DNA of 64,000 nucleotides from Candidatus Nanoarchaeia archaeon (GTDB lineage Archaea; Nanobdellota; Nanobdellia; SCGC-AAA011-G17; JACPNG01): NCBI GenBank assembly GCA_028714375.1, contig JAQTMK010000002.1, positions 21,812 to 85,811 of the forward strand, read 5' to 3'. Shown piece by piece: positions 28,129 to 37,740 of this stretch (position 1 is its first letter; each line of letters starts with the position of its first letter). The notes under the pieces were generated by a model. It saw only the letters and a program-made list of their open reading frames with translations, ran no database searches and was not told where the DNA came from. The position numbers and the translations under genes were made by a program.

Positions 28129-28242
28129 ATGGATTTTGAAGAAAATAATATATCAAGAAAAAGAGGCAAGATTATAGGATTTATCTTGGCCATAATAGTT
28201 TTTATAACTATCATAATAATAATAAGAACATTTGTAATATGA
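28129..28242 (+). CDS. Mini membrane protein (37 aa), unannotated, translationally coupled to the next ORF
   Basis: MDFEENNISRKRGKIIGFILAIIVFITIIIIIRTFVI. Its TGA stop overlaps the ATG of the following ORF (ATATGA). Confidence 0.3.
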   Translation: MDFEENNISRKRGKIIGFILAIIVFITIIIIIRTFVI

Positions 28243-28481
28243 ATAATGAATTTTTTAAAGGAATAAAGGAAGGATTTCAATCTTTTGGAAATTTAATAGC
28301 TAAAGCAGTAAATTTTATTCTTTTATTTTTAGTCTATATTATTGCAATAGGTCCAACTTACTTAGTTTCAAGATTATCTAAAAAATATTTCTTAAGTATC
28401 AAAAAAACAAAAAAAGACAGCTATTGGATAAAAAAAGAATCTGGAGGAGAACCTATAGAAAATTACTATAGGCAGTTCTAA
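28239..28481 (+). CDS. Small membrane protein (80 aa) immediately upstream of the carbamoyltransferase. Possibly SxtJ-like.
   Basis: Single TM (VNFILLFLVYIIAIGPTYLV). It ends 1 nt before the carbamoyltransferase start. Family assignment is an inference from gene context. Confidence 0.35.
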   Translation: MNNEFFKGIKEGFQSFGNLIAKAVNFILLFLVYIIAIGPTYLVSRLSKKYFLSIKKTKKDSYWIKKESGGEPIENYYRQF

Positions 28482-28482
28482 G

Positions 28483-30246
28483 ATGTACATTCTTGGTATT
28501 TCTTGCTTCTATCATGATGCTTCAGCCTGTCTGGTAAAAGATGGAAAGGTAATTGCGGCTGCAGAAGAAGAGAGATTTACAAGAAAAAAACATGATATCT
28601 CATTCCCAGTAAACGCAATAAATTTTTGTTTAGATTATGCAAAAATAAATATAAATCAGATAGATCACATAACTTTTTATGAAAAACCACTACAAAAATT
28701 TGAAAGAGTATTATATCAATCAATTGAAAGATTTCCATTCACCCTTTCAATGTTCTACAAAGCAATTCCTTCATGGTTAAATGAAAAATTAAGAGTGAAA
28801 AAATTAATCAGAAAGAAACTAAAATACAAAAAAGATATTTTTTATATTGAGCACCATCTATGCCATGCAGCAAGTTCTTATTTTATAAGCCCATTTAAAG
28901 AATCTGCAATATTAACAATAGATGGAGTTGGTGAATGGGACACATCTACAGCAGGTTACGCCAAAGAAAATCAGATTAAAATAACAAAAAGATTGGTTTT
29001 CCCCCACAGCATCGGACTATTATACAGCACAGTTACAGCTTATTTGGGATTTAGTGTAAACAACTCAGAATACAAAGTTATGGGTTTAAGTCCGTATGGA
29101 AGAATGGACAAAACAACAAATCCTTACTATTCAAAATTCAAAAAAATTGTAAATCTAAAAGAAGATGGTAGTTTTGAACTTGATATGGATTACTTTGACT
29201 ATCACTATAAGATAAGGATGCCAAGCAAGAAATTCATAAAAGAATTTGGTCCAGCAAGAAAAAAAGAATCTGGATTAAATCAGAGGCACAAGGACATTGC
29301 AGCAGCCTTACAGTTAATCACAGAAGAAATAACATTAAAGATGTTAAATCAGTTATACAGGGAAACAAAATGCCCAAATTTATGCCTTGCTGGAGGTTCA
29401 GCATTGAATTCTGTAGCAAATGGTAAAATTTTGGGTAATACTCCTTTCAAAGATATTTATATCCAACCAGCTGCAGGCGATGGTGGAACAAGCATGGGTG
29501 CAGCATTATATGCCTATTACGCTTTATTAAATCAAAACACTAAAAAAAGAGAGGTGTTGAAAACAGCATATTTGGGACCAGAATATTCTCATGCTGAAAT
29601 AAAAAAATTTTTGGATGAAAACAAAATAAAATACTCTGAATTCAAAAATGAAAAAGAAATAATAAAAGAAATCTCAAAATTAATTTTTAATAACAATGTT
29701 ATTGGGTGGTTCCAGGGGAGAATGGAATGGGGTCCAAGAGCTTTGGGTTCAAGAAGTATTTTATCAAATCCCGCAAATCCAAAAATGCAGGAGATTTTAA
29801 ATCTTAAGGTAAAACACAGAGAAAAATTCAGACCATTTGCACCAGTAATTTGCGAAGACGATGCAAAAAAATATTTTGAATGTGATATCCCTATCCCAAA
29901 ACCAACAGATTTTATGCTTATGGTTTATCCAATAAAAAAACAATATCACAAATTAATTCCTGCAGTAACCCATGTAGATGGTTCTGGAAGGCTTCAGACA
30001 ATAAGAAGAGAAGACAATGAATTGTATTACGATCTAATAAAAGAATTTGGAAAACTCTCAGGAATTCCAATTCTTATAAACACTTCATTCAATATAAGAG
30101 GAGAACCAATCGTTTTGTCTCCTTATTATGCATATCGGTGTATGATGGGGACAGGAATCGATTATTTGCTAATGGATAAATTTTTGATAAAAAGAGAAGA
30201 TAATCCTCAGGATATGTGGGATTCTGAAAAATATGCTAAAGACTAG
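28483..30246 (+). CDS. NodU/CmcH-family O-carbamoyltransferase
   Basis: N-terminus MYILGISCFYHDASACLVKDGKVIAAAEEERFTRKKHD and the HHLCHAASSYF motif are the carbamoyltransferase (HypF/NodU/CmcH) signature. Full-length at about 587 aa. Confidence 0.9.
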   Translation: MYILGISCFYHDASACLVKDGKVIAAAEEERFTRKKHDISFPVNAINFCLDYAKININQIDHITFYEKPLQKFERVLYQSIERFPFTLSMFYKAIPSWLNEKLRVKKLIRKKLKYKKDIFYIEHHLCHAASSYFISPFKESAILTIDGVGEWDTSTAGYAKENQIKITKRLVFPHSIGLLYSTVTAYLGFSVNNSEYKVMGLSPYGRMDKTTNPYYSKFKKIVNLKEDGSFELDMDYFDYHYKIRMPSKKFIKEFGPARKKESGLNQRHKDIAAALQLITEEITLKMLNQLYRETKCPNLCLAGGSALNSVANGKILGNTPFKDIYIQPAAGDGGTSMGAALYAYYALLNQNTKKREVLKTAYLGPEYSHAEIKKFLDENKIKYSEFKNEKEIIKEISKLIFNNNVIGWFQGRMEWGPRALGSRSILSNPANPKMQEILNLKVKHREKFRPFAPVICEDDAKKYFECDIPIPKPTDFMLMVYPIKKQYHKLIPAVTHVDGSGRLQTIRREDNELYYDLIKEFGKLSGIPILINTSFNIRGEPIVLSPYYAYRCMMGTGIDYLLMDKFLIKREDNPQDMWDSEKYAKD

Positions 30247-31174
30247 AAAATTAAGATTAAAAAGACTTTTATTCAAATTAATTGTTTTACTCATAATATT
30301 CAGCTTTCTTTTTATTTTGTTTGAAATCTCATCCAGGGCAATAATAGGAAAACGACTTATTGCACAAGTAGAACCAAATGGACTATATCATTTTAAACCA
30401 AACCAGGAAGGATGGTATGTTCATATAATAAGCTCACCCAAGGCAAGAATAAATAATATTGGTGCAAGAGGGCAAGATATAGATATAAATTTATTGAATT
30501 CAACAAAAAAGTACATTTTTCTGGGGGATTCTTTTACTTTTGGGTGGGTTTTAAAGGACAACGAAACCATCCCAGAATATTTCAAAGAAAATCTAAATCT
30601 TAGCTCCGAATCTGTATTAAACTATGGTAATGGTGGTTATGGAATAGATCATATGATTGCTGCATATGAATATAATAAAAACTATTTTGGAAAAGGGGAC
30701 ACAATAATAACTATCCTAATCAATGCGGATTTCTATAGACCAATGTCCCCTTATGAATCTTCAATCAAAAAAGAATTATTTTGGAAGATTAAAGAGAAAT
30801 CATCATTTATATCCTGGATGTGGGCTACCTCACAGCACTTATTGGGGGTCATAAATGAAGAAGATGCAATGGATATAAACAAAAGCAAGGATATATTTAA
30901 AGAAGAAGGTCAAAAACTCATTTCATTCAACAATATTTTAAAGAAAGACAAAATCAATTTAATTTATGTATTTTATGAATATAATCAAACAGATTACTCA
31001 TTAAAAGCAAAAGAATTTTGTAAAGAAAATAATTTGGTTTGTATAACTAATGTTTATAATGATATTTCCTTAATCAAAAATGTTCCAATCTATACCTATG
31101 ATCAAAAACATCCATCTAATTACTCGAATAAAGCAGTAGCAGAGAAGATAGCAAGATTTATAAATAAAGAATAA
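30233..31174 (+). CDS. SGNH/GDSL-family hydrolase/acyltransferase-like protein with an N-terminal TM anchor
   Basis: Block I GDSFTFG (IFLGDSFTFGWVL) and an N-terminal TM (LLFKLIVLLIIFSFLFILFEI). Confidence 0.6.
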   Translation: MLKTRKLRLKRLLFKLIVLLIIFSFLFILFEISSRAIIGKRLIAQVEPNGLYHFKPNQEGWYVHIISSPKARINNIGARGQDIDINLLNSTKKYIFLGDSFTFGWVLKDNETIPEYFKENLNLSSESVLNYGNGGYGIDHMIAAYEYNKNYFGKGDTIITILINADFYRPMSPYESSIKKELFWKIKEKSSFISWMWATSQHLLGVINEEDAMDINKSKDIFKEEGQKLISFNNILKKDKINLIYVFYEYNQTDYSLKAKEFCKENNLVCITNVYNDISLIKNVPIYTYDQKHPSNYSNKAVAEKIARFINKE

Positions 31175-31185
31175 AAATTAAAAAA

Positions 31186-31344
31186 ATGGGAAATAAATCA
31201 TTAATTGGTGAATTTTTTCAGTTCATTAAAATAAGAAGATCTTGGTGGTTATTACCAATTTTAATAATGTTATTATTAGTTGGAGTTTTGATAATATTTG
31301 GTCAGTCTAGTGGACTCTCTTCTATAATATATGCTTTGTTTTAG
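31186..31344 (+). CDS. DUF5989/SxtK-like small membrane protein (52 aa), absent from the ORF track
   Basis: MGNKSLIGEFFQFIKIRRSWWLLPILIMLLLVGVLIIFGQSSGLSSIIYALF. The R/K-WWLLPI...LL.G.L...IY.LF pattern matches the small proteins that accompany carbamoyltransferases, as far as I recall that family. Confidence 0.5.
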   Translation: MGNKSLIGEFFQFIKIRRSWWLLPILIMLLLVGVLIIFGQSSGLSSIIYALF

Positions 31345-31380
31345 GTAAAAGTTATTAAAATAAGGTTAGAATTAAAAACC

Positions 31381-32457
31381 ATGACTTATTTAGACAGAAA
31401 TCAAATAAGAATAAGAAGAAAAATATTTAAAATAATTGCGGTTCTTCTTGGATTATTCATTTTTTTATTATTTCTAGAAGTTGGATTAAGAATGTTCTAT
31501 CCTCAAACAAGTTCATTATTATCTAAGGAAGACTACATAAAACCAAATGAAAGAATTACTCTATACAATCCTCATCTAAAAAGAGAATATGCATATACGG
31601 TTATAACAAATTCAGAGAGTATGAGAAATGAAAAAGAATTTACATTGGAACATAATAATCCAAGAATTATTCTGCTGGGAGATTCAATGGCATTTGGGCA
31701 GGGAGTCGAACAGAATGAATCGTTTGCTGCAATTATTGAATCTAATTTTAAAGATCTAGAGGTATTAAATCTTGCAGTTCCAGGATTAAGCATTCCAAGT
31801 TATTATTCAAGATTAAACACAAAAGGATTGGAGTACAATCCAGACATTGTAATTGTTTCTATTTTCTTAGGAAATGATCTAAGAAGTATAGGGAACATAA
31901 CCGAAATAAATTATACTAAATCTTATGTATCTCCTAATCCAATTAGTCTTTTTCTGGCAAGGAATGTACATTCATTAAAGTTTATATGGAGATATATTTA
32001 TCAAGGTAAACTAACTGCCCCAATCGTAAAATTCTTTAATATAAAAACCGAATCTTTGGAGACAAAAAGAATAGTAAATAGTGAGGAAGAATTGGAAAAA
32101 AATCTTATTGTTTTTGAAACTGATCTTAAATATTACAAAGAATTATCAGAAAAAAATAATTTTTCTCTCATAGTTTTGATTATCCCCGAAAGAGAGCAGG
32201 TTGACAAGACAAAAATGGATGAATATCTATCTAAAATAAATGATACTCAAGTTGACGAAGCAGAAATAAGAAAGAAAATAAACAACATACTTGAAAAAAA
32301 CAAGATAATCTATTTAGACACAACTCCAGAACTTAAAAGATTAAATGTAAATAATACTTTCTATTTTGAAATAGATGGTCATCTCAATAAGGAAGGTCAT
32401 AGGTTAATTGGTAGTCTCCTGACACAAAAACTAAAAGAAGAAAACCTTTTAAAATAA
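31381..32457 (+). CDS. Second SGNH/GDSL-family hydrolase/acyltransferase-like protein with an N-terminal TM anchor
   Basis: GDS block IILLGDSMAFGQG, N-terminal TM (IIAVLLGLFIFLLFLEVGL), and a C-terminal DGHLN (block V-like DxxH). Confidence 0.6.
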   Translation: MTYLDRNQIRIRRKIFKIIAVLLGLFIFLLFLEVGLRMFYPQTSSLLSKEDYIKPNERITLYNPHLKREYAYTVITNSESMRNEKEFTLEHNNPRIILLGDSMAFGQGVEQNESFAAIIESNFKDLEVLNLAVPGLSIPSYYSRLNTKGLEYNPDIVIVSIFLGNDLRSIGNITEINYTKSYVSPNPISLFLARNVHSLKFIWRYIYQGKLTAPIVKFFNIKTESLETKRIVNSEEELEKNLIVFETDLKYYKELSEKNNFSLIVLIIPEREQVDKTKMDEYLSKINDTQVDEAEIRKKINNILEKNKIIYLDTTPELKRLNVNNTFYFEIDGHLNKEGHRLIGSLLTQKLKEENLLK

Positions 32458-32474
32458 AGAAGAACTTTATATTC

Positions 32475-33593
32475 ATGAAACCATTAAGATCAAAATTAAT
32501 GAATTTACTAAGGGAAATAAATCTTGAGTTAAACTATCTCCCCTATTCTTTTAGAAAAAATATAAATCTTAATAATCCAAAAAAGTTTCTTATAGTGGCC
32601 CATTGGTTGATTGGAGACTTAATCGTTCTAACTCCATCTATAAAAGTAATAAAGGATCAATATCCACAAGCCAAAATAGATATAATTATTTCAAAGGGGA
32701 TGAAAGATGTTCTTTCTCTTAATCCAAATATAAATAAAATTTTTGAAATAAACAAAAAAGAAATTGAAGAAAATCTAAAATGGTATTCTGAAAAGTTAAA
32801 AAAAGAAAAATATGATGTTGGAATAATATTCTTTGAGGGAGACAAAAAAACTAGCAGATTGTTAAAAGAGGCAGATATTCCAATAAGGATTGGTTGTGCA
32901 AAATCTGGAGTCAAAAGGGGAAAAGGTTATTATCTCACTAGAAAAACAAAACCAGACCACAAAGAAAAACAATATCTGTTCTACAACTTAGACGTATTAA
33001 AAACAATAAATATATTCCCAAAAGAAATAAAACAAGAAATTTTTGTTGATAAAAAAGATGAAGAAAAATTCAGAAAAATTATGGGAAACAAACTAAAGAT
33101 TGTAGTTCATGCCGTTCCAAACCACAAGACTCATATATGGAACAACAAAAGATTTGCAGAAGTAGCAGATTACCTTATTGAAAGAAAAAAAGCAGCAGTA
33201 TTTTTTACTGGTGCAAAAAAAGATGCCCCCCTGAATGATGAAATAATCTCTCTTATGAAAAACAAAGCTCAAAACCTTGCAGGAGGATCTATAAAAGATT
33301 TCTTTGGAATAATTAAAAATTCTGACTTAGTTATTTCAGTTGATACTTCTGCAATGCATGTTGCAGCAACATTTAATATTCCAGTTATTGCTTTAATGGG
33401 TGCAAGCCCCTACAAATTATGGAAACCTTATTCCAATAGGGCTGTGACTATTTTCCATCCAGAAAAATGCACCGAATGCAGATTATACAAATGCTTCAGA
33501 AAAGGAAAAAGATATATGGAATGTATGGATTCAATAACAAAAGATGAAGTGATACAATCCTGCGATTTACTCCTAAAAGAAAACAAAAAATAG
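32475..33593 (+). CDS. GT9 glycosyltransferase (heptosyltransferase-like)
   Basis: KKFLIVAHWLIGDLIVLTPSIKVIKDQYPQAKIDII matches the GT9 N-terminal signature. Also the C-terminal DTSAMHVAATFNIPVIALMG block. Confidence 0.75.
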   Translation: MKPLRSKLMNLLREINLELNYLPYSFRKNINLNNPKKFLIVAHWLIGDLIVLTPSIKVIKDQYPQAKIDIIISKGMKDVLSLNPNINKIFEINKKEIEENLKWYSEKLKKEKYDVGIIFFEGDKKTSRLLKEADIPIRIGCAKSGVKRGKGYYLTRKTKPDHKEKQYLFYNLDVLKTINIFPKEIKQEIFVDKKDEEKFRKIMGNKLKIVVHAVPNHKTHIWNNKRFAEVADYLIERKKAAVFFTGAKKDAPLNDEIISLMKNKAQNLAGGSIKDFFGIIKNSDLVISVDTSAMHVAATFNIPVIALMGASPYKLWKPYSNRAVTIFHPEKCTECRLYKCFRKGKRYMECMDSITKDEVIQSCDLLLKENKK

Positions 33594-33633
33594 TATAACT
33601 ATCTTTAAATAATCTATTTTTCTCAAAAAGCCT

Positions 33634-35163
33634 ATGAAAATAACCCTTATTTCAACATCTGTAACGCCTTCAGATCAAGGAATAAGAACTATCTCAAGCT
33701 TGTTAAAAAAATATGGTCACAAAGTCAAAATCATATTCTTACCCTACACAGAAAACTACAAAAAACTCTACAAAAAATCAGTTCTAAAACAAATCTTAGA
33801 AATTGCAAAAGATTCAGAACTAATTGGAGTATCTGCCTACGCCTCTACCTCCAAAAGAGCCGAACAAGTAATAGGTTTTCTTAAAAAACTAAATGTCCCA
33901 ATAGTGTACGGTGGAATCCATGCAACAATATCTCCAAGAGAATGTATTAATCATTGTAATATTGCCTGTGTGGGTGAGGGGGAAGACGCTTTTCTTGAGT
34001 TGGTTGAAAAACTTGAAAAAAGAGAAGACATAGGAAAAATTCAAAACCTCTGGATAAGGTATAAGGACGTTATCTTCAAGAATCCAGTAAGACCATTAAG
34101 GGAAAAACTGGATGAATTGCCATTTGCAGATTATGAAATTGAGGATCATTATATTCTTGAAAGAGGAAGATTAATTCCATTTGAAGAAAGACATCTTGGA
34201 GGATATATTTTCTTTTTGACAGGAAGAGGCTGTCCATATGGCTGTGCCTATTGCAGTAATCATTTTCTAAACACATTATATGAAGGAAAGGGAAAAACAT
34301 TAAGATGGCACTCTCCGGATTATATTATTGAAAATGTTTTATATCTTAGAAAAAAATATCCTTCTCTAAAAGTATTTGACATAAGAGATGATACTTTCTC
34401 CTTAAGACCTTTGTCACAGATAAAATATTTCTGTGAATTATACAAACAAAAAGTAAACATTCGTTTCAAATGTTTGGCAGACCCTAAGACACTTACAGAA
34501 GAAAAAGCAAGACTATTGGCAGATGCAGGATGCACAGATATTATAATTGGTATCCAGGGTTCTGAAAAGGTCAATCAGGAAATTTATTTAAGAAATCAGA
34601 CTGATGAAGATGTATTAAGGACTGCAAATATTTTGCATAAATTCCCAAAAATTGCTGTAATGTATGATATTATAACCTGTAATCCCTATGAAACAAACAA
34701 AGATATTCTAAACCTCATAGAATTAATCAGGGAGATCCCTCCTCCATTTTATCTTTCAGTAAACAATCTGGTTTTCTTCACAGGAACAGAACTATACCAG
34801 AAAGCAAAAGTAGAGGGGATTATAAAAAAAGAAAAAGATTCTGCTGCAGATCTTAATTATTGGGATAGGTTCAAACATATCAAACTAAAAAAGAAAAATG
34901 AGTATTTAACTTTAATATTAAACTTGATGAGAGGCAGTGTAACAAAAAGAAGAATAGGTTTGATTCCAAGATTCATATTAAAAAAATTATTAAGGGAAAA
35001 AAGAATAAATTTCCACACAAAACACAAATCTTTAACCTATTGTGTTGGTTTTATAATAAACATATTTGATTTCCTAAGAGAAAAAATACTAAAACCTTTA
35101 TATAGGAATTTCATACCGGTTAAATTCAGGGTTTGGTATGATCAAATAAGATATAGGGTATAA
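33634..35163 (+). CDS. B12-binding-domain radical SAM enzyme
   Basis: N-terminal B12-like domain and GRGCPYGCAYCSNH (CxxxCxxC). Confidence 0.85.
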   Translation: MKITLISTSVTPSDQGIRTISSLLKKYGHKVKIIFLPYTENYKKLYKKSVLKQILEIAKDSELIGVSAYASTSKRAEQVIGFLKKLNVPIVYGGIHATISPRECINHCNIACVGEGEDAFLELVEKLEKREDIGKIQNLWIRYKDVIFKNPVRPLREKLDELPFADYEIEDHYILERGRLIPFEERHLGGYIFFLTGRGCPYGCAYCSNHFLNTLYEGKGKTLRWHSPDYIIENVLYLRKKYPSLKVFDIRDDTFSLRPLSQIKYFCELYKQKVNIRFKCLADPKTLTEEKARLLADAGCTDIIIGIQGSEKVNQEIYLRNQTDEDVLRTANILHKFPKIAVMYDIITCNPYETNKDILNLIELIREIPPPFYLSVNNLVFFTGTELYQKAKVEGIIKKEKDSAADLNYWDRFKHIKLKKKNEYLTLILNLMRGSVTKRRIGLIPRFILKKLLREKRINFHTKHKSLTYCVGFIINIFDFLREKILKPLYRNFIPVKFRVWYDQIRYRV

Positions 35164-35164
35164 A

Positions 35165-36595
35165 ATGAAGATAGCTTTAATTAGTGTCAACAAAGGAGAT
35201 ACTCTTCCTTTAAACTTAATTATATTAGCTGGATATCTAAAAAAATATGGTAATTTTAATGAAATTAAGATAATTGATATAAATGTAGACAACATCTATG
35301 AGAGCATATTAAGGTATAAACCTGATATAATTGGGATATCTTCTATGACTGTTTATTATGGATATGCTACAAAACTAGCAAAAAAACTAAAACAAAACAT
35401 AAATGTTCCTATCTTAATAGGGGGAAACCATATATCCACTCTCCCAAATTGTCTCTATGATTGTTTTGATATTGGGATAATTGGGGAAGGAGAAATAACC
35501 ACTTTGGAAGTTTTGAAATTATATGAGCAAAAGAAAAAATTCGAAACAAAAGATCTTCAAAAAATAAATGGGATTGCATTCCATAAGGACAATCAAATTA
35601 AACTTACAGAACCAAGACCATTGATTGAAAACTTAGATGAGATTCCAATTCCAGATTATAGGTTAGTATCTAAAAAATATTTCAAAAAAGTTGTTACACC
35701 TGCCTGGAAAAGAGGAATAACTGCACCAATGGTCACATCAAGGGGCTGTCCATATACCTGTGTTTTTTGCTCAACAAGTATTTGCTGGCATAAGAGAACT
35801 AGATTTCATTCTCCAGACTATGTTGTTGAATATATAAAAATGTTAAAACAAAGATTTAATGTAGACTTTATTTATGTGTGGGATGATATGTTTCTCCTTA
35901 ACAAACCAAGGATTAAGGAAATTGCTGAAAAGTTAAAAAAAGAAAATCTTAAATTAAATTATATAGTCCACACTAGAGTAGAGGTAGTTGATGATGAATT
36001 CTGTAAGATGCTTAAGGAAATGGGGGTTTCAGGAGTACAGTTTGGTTTTGAATCCGGCTCTGAAAGAGTATTAAAATATTTAAAAGGATCCTCAACAAGC
36101 ATAGAGAAAATAAAAAAAGCAGTCCTAACTTGTAAGAAATATGGATTCTTGGTTTATGGTAGTTTCATATTTGGTAGTCCAACCGAAACAATAGAGGAGA
36201 TGAAAGAGACTGTAAGCTTGTTTGATTTTTTAATAAAAGCAGACATTGAAAATGTCTGGACCTATATTATGACTCCTCTTCCTGGAACTAAAATCTGGGA
36301 GATTGCAAAGGAAAGGAATAAAGTAAAGGACGAGATGGATTGGAATGATCTCTCATTCCAGAGAATAGAAAATCCTTTGTTATTAGATGAACATATAAGC
36401 AGAGAAGAATTCAAAAAAATATTTATAGAGGGAAGGAAAAAACTGCAATATTTTAGATGGAAAAAGATTAAAAGAGATCTAATTCATAATCCCCATTATC
36501 TAATACTAAATGCAATCAAAAAACCACAATTATTATTCCAGATTATAAAAGGCCGTTTGAATGAAGAAGTCTGGGCAATAAAGGACGAAATATGA
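35165..36595 (+). CDS. B12-binding-domain radical SAM enzyme
   Basis: N-terminal B12-like domain and SRGCPYTCVFCSTS (CxxxCxxC). Starts 2 nt after the preceding radical SAM gene. Confidence 0.85.
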   Translation: MKIALISVNKGDTLPLNLIILAGYLKKYGNFNEIKIIDINVDNIYESILRYKPDIIGISSMTVYYGYATKLAKKLKQNINVPILIGGNHISTLPNCLYDCFDIGIIGEGEITTLEVLKLYEQKKKFETKDLQKINGIAFHKDNQIKLTEPRPLIENLDEIPIPDYRLVSKKYFKKVVTPAWKRGITAPMVTSRGCPYTCVFCSTSICWHKRTRFHSPDYVVEYIKMLKQRFNVDFIYVWDDMFLLNKPRIKEIAEKLKKENLKLNYIVHTRVEVVDDEFCKMLKEMGVSGVQFGFESGSERVLKYLKGSSTSIEKIKKAVLTCKKYGFLVYGSFIFGSPTETIEEMKETVSLFDFLIKADIENVWTYIMTPLPGTKIWEIAKERNKVKDEMDWNDLSFQRIENPLLLDEHISREEFKKIFIEGRKKLQYFRWKKIKRDLIHNPHYLILNAIKKPQLLFQIIKGRLNEEVWAIKDEI

Positions 36596-37740
36596 GAATT
36601 TGCCATATCAATATGTTTTACTATCCAACAATTGGGGGGGTAGAACAAGTTATGCAGGAACTAGCAGAAAGACAGGTTAAAGAAGGCCACGAAGTTCATG
36701 TCTTCTGTTGTGATTCAGATAAATACAAGAGGATAGAAAAAAAAGAAGAAACTGCAAACGGAATAAGAATACACAGACTTCCTTATTGGTTCAAACTATC
36801 CATATTTACTTACATCTGGCCAACCCTGCTGCCAAGACTATTAAAAGAAAAAAGATTTGATATTTACCATTCCCATGTTTCAGGACATTTATACATTCTT
36901 TTAACAGGCATAGTATCAAGAATAAAAAAAGGAAAACACATTCACACAACCCATTGCCCATGGACAGATTCTTCATTTAGACCAAAGGTCTTAAGACCAT
37001 TGTTATGGATAAACGACAAAGTTCTAAATAAACTTTCTTTTAAGATGATTGATAGAGTGATTTCTATAACTCCCTGGGAAGTTGACACATTCCTCAAAAA
37101 ATACACTAAAAAAGAAAAAATAAAAGTAATTCCAAACGGAATGGACAAAATCCTTTTCAAGAAAGTTAGTCCAAACAATTTTAAAAAAGATAATAATCTC
37201 AAAGGTAAACTGGTTTTGTTTTTTGGGAGACTAAATCCAACAAAAGGTCCAGAAGTTCTTGCTAAAGCAGCAATAGAAATAACAAAAGAGAGAGAGGATA
37301 TCTCATTTGTTTGGGCCGGTCCTGATGAAGGCAAGGCAAAAGAAGTTGAAGAATTAATCAAACCTTATAGGAATATGAAATATCTGGGGCCAATAAAAAG
37401 AGAGGATAAAACCGCTATCTTTCAAGCAGCAGATGTATATGTCCTTCCTAGTTATAGGGAAGGTCTTCCATTAACCTTATTTGAAGCAATGGCTGCAGGT
37501 CTTCCACTAGTTGTTTCTCCTGTTAATGGTGTTTCTTATGAAGTAAAAGATCCTGAAAATGGTTATTTTGTGAATTATGGCGATGTTGAAATGCTGAAGG
37601 AAAAGATACTGAAAGTTTTAGACAATCCAGAAATAGCAAAGAAGATGTCTAAAAATAATATTGAAAAATCAAAAAACTACGATTGGGATATTATTTACAA
37701 AAGATATATGGAAGAATACCAAAAATTAGCTAAGATATAA
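36592..37740 (+). CDS. GT4 (GT-B fold) glycosyltransferase
   Basis: MRICHINMFYYPTIGGVEQVMQELAER and the C-terminal REGLPLTLFEAMAAGLPLVVS (EX7E) are GT4 signatures. ATGA overlap with the upstream radical SAM gene. Confidence 0.85.
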   Translation: MRICHINMFYYPTIGGVEQVMQELAERQVKEGHEVHVFCCDSDKYKRIEKKEETANGIRIHRLPYWFKLSIFTYIWPTLLPRLLKEKRFDIYHSHVSGHLYILLTGIVSRIKKGKHIHTTHCPWTDSSFRPKVLRPLLWINDKVLNKLSFKMIDRVISITPWEVDTFLKKYTKKEKIKVIPNGMDKILFKKVSPNNFKKDNNLKGKLVLFFGRLNPTKGPEVLAKAAIEITKEREDISFVWAGPDEGKAKEVEELIKPYRNMKYLGPIKREDKTAIFQAADVYVLPSYREGLPLTLFEAMAAGLPLVVSPVNGVSYEVKDPENGYFVNYGDVEMLKEKILKVLDNPEIAKKMSKNNIEKSKNYDWDIIYKRYMEEYQKLAKI

